A stretch of 64,000 nucleotides of DNA from Nitrospirota bacterium. GTDB taxonomy: Bacteria; Nitrospirota; JACRHL01. Every line of letters starts with the position of its first letter. Position 1 is the first letter of the stretch. This document shows positions 1-11,821 of this stretch, in pieces. The stretch is from NCBI GenBank assembly GCA_029881725.1, contig JAOUMB010000010.1, forward strand, positions 1,539-65,538. The letters run 5' to 3'. The translations under genes were made by a program, and so were the position numbers. Below the pieces are notes generated by a model. The model made no database searches. It saw nothing but the letters and a program-made list of their open reading frames with translations, and had not been told where the DNA came from.

Positions 1-1318
1 AACAACGGAAGCCGGGGGAATGCACTTTTTCCGGAAGCCGTTTTTTTGGCCAGTTTATCCTGGTAACGGGCCGGAATTTGCGGATCTTTTGTCACCGTGG
101 TGGTTTCCCGGTCGTAGAGCACGGCAATTTCCTGGGACCCCTGCACGTCCTCCAATTCATACCCCATGGCGAATCCCCGCTGTCCCATGTCAGCAATCAG
201 ACGATCCATCGCATCGGTGGATACTTCGGTTAATCCCATGGCATCCATGGAAAGGCGCGCGCATATGTCCGCCACGTCGCTGACGCGGCGGTTGCTCACG
301 GTGCGGTTGAAGTGCTCGATGTTCCAGAACCCGAGGTCGGCAAAATCGGCGGACCCGGAAAAATCGGGCACTTCGATTTCGTCACGCCCCGGATCAGCCA
401 CGCCATACAGGTCGAAGAAGCCAAGAAACGGCGAGGTGTCCTGCACCGAGCGCAGCACTTCATGGGCAGCCTCCCGCCCCGGTTGCTGTCGCTGCAACCG
501 CGCTAGCAGATGGCGCACAATGGCCGACACCCGAATCCCCTCGTTCGTTACCGTGCCGCCGTCGCTCCATCCGGCATGGTGCAGGGCCACCAGCCCCCAG
601 TCGTTATTGAAGACCGGAGACCCCGAGGAGCCGGGCTCCGTATCGGTGGTGTAGTGAACCACTTTGTCCAACACCTTGATCACCTTGTTCTGATGCAGTG
701 CCACCTCTTTGCGACGGGCCTGCGGGTGCTGAATGATGTTTACCCTTTCCGACCGGGTCACCATGGCCGGGTTCCGCGTCAGGGGCACCGGCTCAATGTC
801 CCCCAAGTCGGTCGGTCGGCAGGCGACAATGGTGAAATCGAGGTTTTCATCGGTGATGTACAACAGGTCCGGTTTCAGCGTCACGCTGGTTGATACCTGA
901 TCTTCCTCATAGCCGAACTCGGCGACACTTCCCCGCGCGGATTCGATGGTCGGCAGCACGTGATTGTTGGTCATGATCAGCTCCGGAGCGATCAGGAATC
1001 CGGTTCCGTAGCCACCGATCACTCCAGCCGTATCCCGGATCACCACCCGGCACACCGCACGCGCCCGACCAGCCCCGTCTTCCAAAAACCGGGCGGGAAG
1101 CAGATTATTTTCCTTGTGGATTTTCTCGTAGTAGTCGGAGATGTGGCCTTCCAGTTCCTTCCGGTATTTCCGGGAATCCACCGGGCCGGCTTCGGGCCTG
1201 CACACGCGCCGGGCACGTACCCCCACCAGCCTGCGATACTCTTCCTCCGTCAAATCCCTTACCCCCGCTACGCGTTTGTCACGGTACACCGTTTTTTTTT
1301 GTTTTTTGTTGGAAGCCA
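1..1318 (-). CDS. Trypsin-like (S1 family) serine peptidase with no signal peptide. Only the N-terminal ~439 aa are in the window; the C-terminus runs off the window start.
   Basis: I translated the minus strand by hand from ATG (complement of 1316-1318): MASNKKQKKTVYRDKRVAG... The sequence contains TGFLIAPELIMTNNHVL (catalytic His region), a DFTIV Asp region, and TDTEPGSSGSPVF (GDSGGP-like Ser motif). It is absent from the ORF track because there is no in-window stop. The N-terminus has no hydrophobic stretch, so it is likely cytoplasmic. Confidence 0.6.
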
Positions 1319-1557
1319 TTGGTTCCCCCTTGGTTTGCGGTTTCTGGTGCCACGGCCTACCCGCCCCGCCCAATATCGAACCGGAATTGCCGGGCTACCG
1401 TATACAGTGAATATCGCAAACGGTACACCGGGGCAGTAGCGGTTACCAGCAGTCCGATATGATTTTTCGCACCCATTCCTCCGCTACGCCAGAGACGAGC
1501 GCAACCGGCGCATGAAGGCTCCACTCCCCGCCCGATCGCCCGATAAGAGTCCAGAGC

Positions 1558-2319
1558 ATGTTTCTGGACGAAAAACAAGACGACTCCCAACCGGGGCCGG
1601 ACCCCCAGCCCAAACGCAAGCGCCGCAAGCCGGGCAAGTCCACCCTGCGCGTCCGCGCGTTGCGGGTTGCCGCCGTGCTGGTGCTGCTGCTGCTGGCCGC
1701 CCCGGTGGGGCTGGTGGCGCTGTACCGGGACGTGGCTCCGCCCCTCACCCTGCTGATGTTCGTGCGTCTGTTCGACGGCCACGGCATCAAAAAGGAGTGG
1801 GTGCCGCTGGAGAAAATCTCCCGCCACGTGCCGAATTCGGTAATCGCCCTGGAGGACAACCTGTTTTGCGAGCACAACGGTTTCGACTGGGCGGCGATTT
1901 TCGATGCGGCGGCGGACCGCATCCGGGGCACCGGCTCCGGCGGCGGTAGCACCATCACCCAGCAAACCGCCAAGAACGTATTTTTGTGGCCGGACCGCAC
2001 CATGACCCGCAAGGCGTTCGAGGTGCCGTTCGCAAAGATGATGGAGCGGTGGTGGGGCAAGCGCCGCATCATGGAGGTGTATTTGAACGTCATCGAGTGG
2101 GGGCCGGGCATTTACGGCATCGAGGCTGCCTCCCATCACTATTTCGGCAAGTCCGCAAGGGCCCTGACCCGTCAGGAAGCCGCCCTGCTGGCCGCCGTTC
2201 TTCCCAGCCCGCTCACCTGGTCGCCGGCCCGGCCCACCGAACGGGTGACGGGACGCGCCTCGGTGGCGGTGCAGCGGGTGCCGCAATTGCGCGAGTCCCT
2301 TCTGGCCTGTGTGAAATAG
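1558..2319 (+). CDS. mtgA: Monofunctional biosynthetic peptidoglycan transglycosylase (GT51).
   Basis: 253 aa with an ATG start and an N-terminal TM anchor. Motifs EDNLFCEHNGFDW, RGTGSGGGSTITQQTAKNVFLW, RKAFEVPFAKMMERWWGKRRIMEVYLNVIEWGPGIYGIEAA and LTRQEAALLAAVLPSPL align with E. coli MtgA. Confidence 0.9.
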   Translation: MFLDEKQDDSQPGPDPQPKRKRRKPGKSTLRVRALRVAAVLVLLLLAAPVGLVALYRDVAPPLTLLMFVRLFDGHGIKKEWVPLEKISRHVPNSVIALEDNLFCEHNGFDWAAIFDAAADRIRGTGSGGGSTITQQTAKNVFLWPDRTMTRKAFEVPFAKMMERWWGKRRIMEVYLNVIEWGPGIYGIEAASHHYFGKSARALTRQEAALLAAVLPSPLTWSPARPTERVTGRASVAVQRVPQLRESLLACVK

Positions 2320-2334
2320 GGCGATCTGTTCCCT

Positions 2335-2730
2335 GCCCGTGGCACCACGCGAGCCACTGCGATTTTCCACCCGACTTTCACCCCGACCAGCCGCAAATAC
2401 GGCCCCGCGCCCAGCAAACGCCCTTCCGACTCCGTTGCCCGTGGCCCCACTCGAGCCACTTTGATTGTCCCCCCGGCTTCACCCCGACCATCCGCAAATA
2501 CGGTTCCGCGCCCGGCAAACGCCCTTCCGACTCCGTTGCCCGTGGCCCCACTCGAGCCACTGCGATTTTCCACCCGACTTTCACCCCGACCATCCGCAAA
2601 TACGGTTCCGCGCCCGGCAAACGTCCTCCCGACTCCGTTGCCGGTGGCACCACTCGAGCCACTGCGATTTTCCACCCGACTTTCACCCCGACCATCCGCA
2701 AATACGGCCCCGCGCCCAGCGGTTTGACGG
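2335..2730. repeat. Intergenic tandem repeat array, about 4 copies of a roughly 100-bp unit.
   Basis: Units begin near 2339, 2441, 2541 and 2641. The core is ...gagccactgcgattttccacccgactttcaccccgaccatccgcaaatacgg(c/t)(c/t)ccgcgccc(a/g)gcaaacgcccttccgactccgttgccc.... Units 1 and 4 share ggccccgcgcccagc, while units 2 and 3 share ggttccgcgcccggc. Confidence 0.8.
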
Positions 2731-2905
2731 TGGGGGGGTGTGCAGGGTAACGTCGACCGTGGTCGGAGCGATTCCCGGGCCCGCCGCTTTCGGACGGCAA
2801 CCAGATGGTGTTTTTCCCATGTCTGCCAACGCTTCACATGCTCCCTTCGGTACCTTTGCAGTGAAGCATCCGGTTCCCGCCGGGGGTGGATGGGGGGACG
2901 GTTTA

Positions 2906-3888
2906 TGACGGATTCCCTGTGGATTCCGGCGGGGGGGCTGGTGAGCGGTCTGGCCCTGTTGGCGTGGTCCGCGGAGCGGTTTGTGGAGGGGGCGGCGGCG
3001 GTGGCCCGCAATCTGGATGTGTCGCCCCTGTTGGTGGGGCTGCTGGTGGTGGGCTTTGGCACCTCGGCGCCGGAAATCGTGGTTTCGGCCATCGCCGCGC
3101 TGGACGGCCGCCCGGATATCGCCATCGGCAACGCGGTGGGCTCCAATATCGTCAACGTGGGGCTGGTGTTGGGGGTGGCGGCGCTGATCCGCCCCCTGTT
3201 CGCCCATTCCGGCCTGCTGCGGCGGGAACTTCCCTATACCCTGGGGGCCGCGGTACTGGCCCTGGTGCTGCTTTCCGACGGCGTGCTCAGTCGCACCGAT
3301 GCCATGGTGCTGCTGGTAACTTTTGTGGCCATGGGCCTGTGGATGCTGGGGCAGGACGACCACGACCGGGCCGGCATCGAGGACGCCATGTCCGCCGAGT
3401 TCGCGGCCGAAATGCCCCCGCCCATGAGCACCGAACGGGCGGCAACCTGGCTGGTGGCCGGGCTGCTGCTGATGGTGATCGCATCCCGCGTGCTGGTGTG
3501 GGGGGCGGAAGCGATCGCCCATGCCTTTGGCATCAGCGACCTGATCATCGGACTGACCGTGGTCGCCCTGGGCACCAGCCTGCCCGAATTGGCCACGGCC
3601 ATATCCGCCGCGCGCAAGGGGCACAGCGACATTGTGATCGGCAATGTGCTGGGCTCGAACATGGTCAACATCCTGGCGGTGATCGGCGTGGCGGGGCTGA
3701 TCCACCCGGGGGCGTTCGAGGCGCGGGTGCTGACGCGGGATTTCCCGGCCATGCTGGTGTTCACCGTGGCCCTGTTCCTGATGGCGTTCAGCTTTCGCGG
3801 GCACGGCCGCATCGACCGCCTGGAAGGGGCCCTGCTGATCGCCGCACTGATCGGCTATCTGGGGCTGTTGTACGCGGACGGCGGGTAG
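2906..3888 (+). CDS. Ca2+:cation antiporter (CaCA family, YrbG-like Na+/Ca2+ exchanger).
   Basis: Two alpha-repeat motifs, GFGTSAPEIVVS and GTSLPELATAISAARKGHSDIVIGNVLGSNMVNIL, with multiple TM helices. I placed the start at ATG MTDSLW (2906). The upstream part of the longer ORF overlaps the tandem repeats. Confidence 0.8.
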
Positions 3889-3901
3889 CCCGCTATCCCG
3901 G

Positions 3902-6571
<2,670 letters not shown>

Positions 6572-6644
6572 CGGCACCCCCTTCCACCCCCATGTTCACC
6601 ATAACAGGGCGGTGAACGGTTGGCAGCAGGGGGTGCCGGTTCCG

Positions 6645-7226
6645 CTAACGCATCTTGCGCGGATCCTGATGGATCATCAGGTGGGAATAGGCGGTGTCCC
6701 CGAACATCACCCAGGTACCGCCCTTGTTGGGCAGGGTGGGCAACGCGTTCACCTCCGGATCGAACGGGAACAGGATCATCCAGTGGGGCGACTCCTTGAC
6801 CGCCCGGGCGCCATCCCCGCTTCCCGTCACCACCTGGCCGTCCTTTTCCCAGTGGTAGCCGCCGTTCGCCATGTAGGCGACGCCGGGGACCGTATTGGAG
6901 GGCGCGGGTTTGCCGGACATCATGTCGCCCCCCCACTGCAGGGCCGGGCCGTCCATGCAGATCGGGTCCGGCCCCGGCGCGGCTTCGTCGATAAACGGCA
7001 TGCAGGTGAAGCCGTTGTCTCCCTGCCGCAGCACGCGCATGGTGCCGTCTTTCTCCTTGAGCACCACCGTCGCCCCTTCCGCCACCCGATCCGGGGCCGC
7101 GCTCAGGGCCAGTTTGACCAGTTTTTCGTCGCTCATGGCGCGCACGTCCCACTTGCCCCCGGCCGCGGCCGCACCCGCCGCGCCAAGGACCACCAGGGCC
7201 GCCATTACCGCTGTTGTCCGTTGCAT
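6645..7226 (-). CDS. Hypothetical secreted/periplasmic protein.
   Basis: ATG MQRTTAVMAALVVLGAAGAAAA gives a signal-peptide-like N-terminus. No recognisable catalytic motifs. Confidence 0.5.
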   Translation of the reverse strand: MQRTTAVMAALVVLGAAGAAAAGGKWDVRAMSDEKLVKLALSAAPDRVAEGATVVLKEKDGTMRVLRQGDNGFTCMPFIDEAAPGPDPICMDGPALQWGGDMMSGKPAPSNTVPGVAYMANGGYHWEKDGQVVTGSGDGARAVKESPHWMILFPFDPEVNALPTLPNKGGTWVMFGDTAYSHLMIHQDPRKMR

Positions 7227-7396
7227 CACACCCTCCAGATGTATGAATGAAAAGCCCCCCGGCACCGGGACGGTACGCAGGAGAGTCAACCCATATTTTC
7301 AGAGTTTATCGTATGGGGAACCGGATGCGAGCGCAACGGGAATCCCGGTGGCCATTCTCCCCATTTTTTCTCGCGGCCCGGAAACGGAACCGCGGC

Positions 7397-8794
7397 TCAC
7401 GGGTCCAGCAATTCAAACCCCTGATGCATGTCCGGCAGGTGGACCCGGGTGCCGGTGGCCCGCAGCCGGGCTGCCAGTTGTTCCATGCCCGCGGGCTCCC
7501 CGTGCACCAGAAAGGTGCGGGTGGCGCCCTGGATACGCCCGTGCCAGGCCAGCAGTTCCGCCTGGTCCGCATGGGCGGAAAAGCCGTTGATGGTGTGGAT
7601 GGCCGCCGCCACCGGGATGGTTTCCCCCAGAATCTCCACCTCGGTGGCGCCGTCGATGATGGCCCGCGCCAGGGTGTCCTCGGCGGCATAGCTGACGAAG
7701 ATGATGCCCGCCTCCCGGCGCCACAGGTTGTGCTTCAGGTGGTGCACGATGCGCCCACCGTTGCACATGCCCGCCCCGGCCATGACGATGGCCCCGCCCT
7801 GCACCCGGTTGATCTGCATGGACTCGTCCCGTCCCCGGCAAAAATGGAGTCCCGGCAGCCGGAACGGGTCGGTGCCCGTGGCCAGCAGATTTCGGGCCTC
7901 CCGGTCGAAACAGTCCGGGTGGTGCTGGTAGATACGGGTGGCCGAGATGGCCATGGGCGAATCGAGAAACACCTGGGTGGCGGGGGAGATACGCCCGCGT
8001 TCCACCCCTTCGCGCAGGAAGTAGAGCAGTTCCTGGGCCCGTTCCAGGGCGAAGGTGGGGATGAACACGTTGCCCCCCTGGCGGAAGGTGGCGGCGATGG
8101 CCGCATACAACTCCTCCACCGAGTCCTCCAGGGGGCGGTGCAGGCGGTCGCCGTAGGTGCTTTCCATCACCACCACGTCGGCGGGCGGGGGCGGGGCCGG
8201 GTCGCGGATCAGGGGGCGGCCGTCGCTGCCCAGATCGCCGGAAAACAGCACCGTGCGGGTATCCCCGCCCTCGGTCAGTTCCAGCAGCACCACCGCCGAG
8301 CCCAGGATGTGCCCCGCATCCAGAAAGGTGGCGGCCACCCCCGGCGCAAGCTGCATCCGCTCCCCATAGCGGGCGGTGCGGCCGAAGGCGTCCATGCATT
8401 GCAGGGCGTCGAGCATGGAATAAAGCGGCTCCACCGGTTCCCGGACGCCGGTGCGGCGGGCGGCCTGCCGCTCCCGGTACTGGGCAGCGTCCTCCTCCAG
8501 ATGGGCCGCGTCCAGAATCACCAGCCGGGCCAGTTCCCGGCTGGCGGCGGTGGTGACGACCTCCCCCTTGAAGCCCATTTTGGCCAGCAGCGGCAGGCGC
8601 CCGCAGTGGTCCAGGTGGGCGTGGGTGAGCAGCACAAAATCCACCCCGGCCGGATCGAAGCCAAAATCCGCCGCCGGGGCGTCGTCCCGTCCCTGGGACA
8701 GGCCGCAATCCACCAGCAGCCGGATGCCGCCGCATTCCACCATGTGACAGGAGCCGGTCACGCATCCGGCCGCGCCATGGAAGGAAATCCGCAT
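7397..8794 (-). CDS. MBL-fold metallo-hydrolase of the beta-CASP family (RNA-metabolising, RNase J/CPSF-like).
   Basis: Start MRISFHGAAGCVTGSCH...LLVDCG... with HAHLDHCG (HxHxDH zinc motif). Length is about 465 aa. The C-terminal region carries the beta-CASP-typical GFSAHAD. Confidence 0.8.
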   Translation of the reverse strand: MRISFHGAAGCVTGSCHMVECGGIRLLVDCGLSQGRDDAPAADFGFDPAGVDFVLLTHAHLDHCGRLPLLAKMGFKGEVVTTAASRELARLVILDAAHLEEDAAQYRERQAARRTGVREPVEPLYSMLDALQCMDAFGRTARYGERMQLAPGVAATFLDAGHILGSAVVLLELTEGGDTRTVLFSGDLGSDGRPLIRDPAPPPPADVVVMESTYGDRLHRPLEDSVEELYAAIAATFRQGGNVFIPTFALERAQELLYFLREGVERGRISPATQVFLDSPMAISATRIYQHHPDCFDREARNLLATGTDPFRLPGLHFCRGRDESMQINRVQGGAIVMAGAGMCNGGRIVHHLKHNLWRREAGIIFVSYAAEDTLARAIIDGATEVEILGETIPVAAAIHTINGFSAHADQAELLAWHGRIQGATRTFLVHGEPAGMEQLAARLRATGTRVHLPDMHQGFELLDP

Positions 8795-8798
8795 GGCC

Positions 8799-9767
8799 CT
8801 ACCCTCCGTTCGGAAACAGGGGCTCCCCGGCGGCCTGGTGCCAGCCCAGAATGCCGTCCCAGATCTCCCGGGCGCTCTCGGCAAAGCGGAACAGTTCGCG
8901 GTCTTCCGGGTCGATCACCCCCTCCGCCGCCAGGAAATCCAGGTTCACCACCTGTTTCCAGTATGACTCCCCCACCAGCACGACGGGCAGCGGACGGATG
9001 CTGCCGGTCTGAATCAGGGTGAGGGTTTCGAACAGTTCGTCCAGGGTTCCAAAGCCGCCGGGAAACACCACCAGGGCCTTGGCCCGCAGTAGAAAGTGCA
9101 GTTTGCGCAGGGCAAAGTAGTGGAACCGGAAGCACAGGCCGGGGGTGATGTAGGGGTTGGGATACTGCTCGTGGGGCAGGGCGATGTTGAGCCCCACCGA
9201 CTGGGCGGCGGTGTCGTGGGCGCCCCGGTTGGCCCCCTCCATGATGCCGGGCCCGCCGCCGGTGGCAATCACCACCCGGCAGTCCTCCGGCCCCGCCCCG
9301 GCGTTGCCCACCAGGCGTCCCAGTTCGCGGGCCATGTCGTAGTAGCGGCTATTTTCATAAAGCCGCTCCGCCACCTTCAGGCGCGCCGCCAGTTCCGCGT
9401 CGTCCGGCCGGGTTTTGAGCTGATCGGCCATCTCCACCACGTGCCGACGGGCGGAGCCGGGCTCGGAAATGCGGGTACTGCCGAACACCACGATGGTGTG
9501 TGCCACCCCGTGTTCCCGCAGGGTGTGTTCCGTTTTCGCGTAGTCGATCTGAAGCCGCACGCCCCGGGTTTCATCCCGGTTGAGGAAGTCGGTGTCCAGG
9601 TCCGCCTGCCGGTAGGCGGGGTGCTCCATGATAGCGCGGATGCGCGCCGGAGCGTCCGGGTCCTCCTGAGTGGGCTTGGGGTGCTGCCACGGCAGCGGCA
9701 GGCGGCGCGAACCCGGAAGCGGGGGTGTTGGCACGCTGTCGTCTGACGGGGGTGGATGGTCGCTCAT
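8799..9767 (-). CDS. LOG-family Rossmann-fold nucleotide-binding protein (TIGR00730-type phosphoribohydrolase-like).
   Basis: Motifs ATGGGPGIMEGANRGA (GGGxGxM) and VVFPGGFGTLDELFE (PGGxGTxxE). I chose start ATG MSDHPPPS. It lies 5 bp downstream of the beta-CASP gene start, so the two are probably co-transcribed. Confidence 0.8.
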   Translation of the reverse strand: MSDHPPPSDDSVPTPPLPGSRRLPLPWQHPKPTQEDPDAPARIRAIMEHPAYRQADLDTDFLNRDETRGVRLQIDYAKTEHTLREHGVAHTIVVFGSTRISEPGSARRHVVEMADQLKTRPDDAELAARLKVAERLYENSRYYDMARELGRLVGNAGAGPEDCRVVIATGGGPGIMEGANRGAHDTAAQSVGLNIALPHEQYPNPYITPGLCFRFHYFALRKLHFLLRAKALVVFPGGFGTLDELFETLTLIQTGSIRPLPVVLVGESYWKQVVNLDFLAAEGVIDPEDRELFRFAESAREIWDGILGWHQAAGEPLFPNGG

Positions 9768-9887
9768 GGGCCCTCCCGAACGGTGCACCTTCCCGTCCGG
9801 TGGCCCCGATGGCGCACCGGACACCTTTTTTCTACGCCCGTTGGACGCAAAAGGCAACCGGCGCCCGGTGCGCCTGGGGATTACGGG

Positions 9888-11465
9888 TCAATTGACGGGG
9901 TGGATCAGCACCTCCACCCGGCGGTTGGCGGTGCGCCCCTCCGGGGTGTTGTTGGGCGCCACCGGCCGGTCCGCACCGAATCCGGTGGAGATGATGCGAT
10001 CCGAGTCGATCTTGCCCACCTCGGTCAGGAAGCGGGCCACCTTCTCGGCCCGCTCGGCGGACAACTGCTGGTTCAGTTCCGCGCTGCCGGTGATATCCGT
10101 GTGGCCGGACACCTCCACCTTCGCGCCGGGGAAGGCCTCGATGGCGGACACGATCTTTTGCAGCAGCGCGAAGTTGCGCGAATCGATTTCGCTCTGCCCC
10201 ACCGGGAAATAGAACCCGTGGGAACGGATCAGGATGTCGTCACGCTTGCGCAGCACCTCGGCCTCGTTTTCGGCAAACAGCGATTGCACCAGATCCATCC
10301 GTTTTTGCGAGGCCGCCTGACGGCGTTGCTCGGCGGCGCGCTCGGCTTCCATGGTGCCAAGCTCCCCCTGCAAGCGGGCCTCCATGGCCGCCATTTCCTC
10401 CGCCTTGCGCTGGGCCTCGGCGGCCAGTTCGGCCTGTATGCGCTGCTCCGCCTCCACCCGGGCGGCCTCGGCCTTGCGCTCGGCGGCGGTCATGCGCTGG
10501 TCCGCGGCGGTCTGGGCACGCGCCACCTCGGCACGGGCCGTGACCAGTTCCCCCTGCGCCGCTTCGTACTGACCGCTCAGGGCGGCAATGTCATCCCGCA
10601 GGCCACGCACCACGCGCTTGTTCTCCACATCGAAGGCCAATGGCCTGCCCAGGGGCTGGGCCACAGTGACCAGTTGCCCCTGATACCACAGAATCATGTC
10701 CTCGGTGGTGTAGTCCCGCCGTTCGAACTGCTGCGCCAGATCCACCACCTGCCGGGCCCGCGCGGCCAGATAGGCGGCGGTGAGCGCGTTCTCGTCCGCC
10801 TTCGCCCGGTCCTCCCGGTTGGCATCCAGCACCGAAAGGGCCAGTTCCATCTCCTGCTCGGCCATGGCCAGGGTTTTTGGCGCGTACTTGCGGGCGCCGG
10901 CCTTCTCCGCATCGGCAATGGCCTGCCGGGCAATGCCGATGGTGCCGGCCTTGACCACCGCCAGTTCAATGTCGCTATAGGCTTGAATCAGCTCCGGACG
11001 CGCCGCCTTGGCCTTGTCCGCGTGGCCGTCTTCCAGCACCGCCGCGGCCCGGGCCAGGCGGGCCTCCGCGTCCATGAATTCCTCGTTGGTGCGGCTGGCG
11101 CCCGCCTTCAGGGCGCGGGCGCGTGCCGCCAGCACCTCCTCGAACACGTCCTGCGCTCGGGTGGTGATCCGGGCCGCTTCCTCCAGGTGCGTCAGCCCCT
11201 CGCCGGCCATTTCGTCCGCCTTCGAGTCGCCCTTGAGCGCCGCTTTTTCGGCCCGCTGCTGGGCGTGCACCGCGTCCTCGAACGCGTTTTGGGCCAACAG
11301 GTCCATCTCCTGTTCGCGGGCCTGGGTGAGGCGCTGATCCAATGCCGCGATCCGGGTGTTCTGCTCCAGCACCTGCTCGCGGGTAAGTTGGGTGGACGCC
11401 GCGCAGCCGATTCCGGCCGCGAGCATCACGCCCAGGGCAATGTGGGAAAACACCATTCGTTTCAT
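9888..11465 (-). CDS. OmpA-family lipoprotein with a long coiled-coil/DUF4398-like N-terminal region.
   Basis: Lipobox LAAGIGC. Extensive Ala/Glu/Arg-rich coiled coil. C-terminal OmpA-like peptidoglycan-binding domain (VSGHTDITGSAELNQQLSAERAEKVARFL...GFGADRPVAPN...NRRVEV). Confidence 0.85.
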   Translation of the reverse strand: MKRMVFSHIALGVMLAAGIGCAASTQLTREQVLEQNTRIAALDQRLTQAREQEMDLLAQNAFEDAVHAQQRAEKAALKGDSKADEMAGEGLTHLEEAARITTRAQDVFEEVLAARARALKAGASRTNEEFMDAEARLARAAAVLEDGHADKAKAARPELIQAYSDIELAVVKAGTIGIARQAIADAEKAGARKYAPKTLAMAEQEMELALSVLDANREDRAKADENALTAAYLAARARQVVDLAQQFERRDYTTEDMILWYQGQLVTVAQPLGRPLAFDVENKRVVRGLRDDIAALSGQYEAAQGELVTARAEVARAQTAADQRMTAAERKAEAARVEAEQRIQAELAAEAQRKAEEMAAMEARLQGELGTMEAERAAEQRRQAASQKRMDLVQSLFAENEAEVLRKRDDILIRSHGFYFPVGQSEIDSRNFALLQKIVSAIEAFPGAKVEVSGHTDITGSAELNQQLSAERAEKVARFLTEVGKIDSDRIISTGFGADRPVAPNNTPEGRTANRRVEVLIHPVN

Positions 11466-11821
11466 CGGTCTGTCCTCCGCAAAATTTTTTCAGTTCCAAC
11501 CGCCACCCACCGGACCATCCCGCGCCCCGCACCGGGACCCGATCCCATGACTCTACTCCCGGACATGCGCCGGAGAAACCATTTTTTTCCGGATGAATTA
11601 ATCAACAGTATCCGCCGGTGTTTTCCAACCGGAATCCGGTCCGATTTACCAGCAACCAAGGGCGCCGGACGGTGATCCGCCCCCCTTGCGGCAGGAACCG
11701 GGCGATACCCGGAAGCGGCCCGTCCCCACGTTTTTTTACCGCCACGTTCGGGGTGGCTCTGCTACCTTCAAGCGGGGACCGGATCGATTCCGGCGTTGGG
11801 CCGTTTGCCACCGGGAGTTCC

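Noticed and set aside
2461-2908. ORFs with periodic Pro-rich translation across the 100-bp tandem repeats (for example 2461..2727 +, 2378..2800 -).
   Set aside because: The periodic protein is a by-product of translating a DNA tandem repeat. No start context, both strands give equally long ORFs, and the real downstream gene begins at about 2906.
7247-9022. 591-aa + strand ORF, plus 7413..8765 minus-strand alternative frame.
   Set aside because: The former is antisense and the latter is an out-of-frame overlap of the beta-CASP/LOG genes. Only the 7397..8794 frame yields the HxHxDH and beta-CASP motifs.
9756-11675. 639-aa + strand ORF.
   Set aside because: Antisense to the OmpA-family lipoprotein gene.
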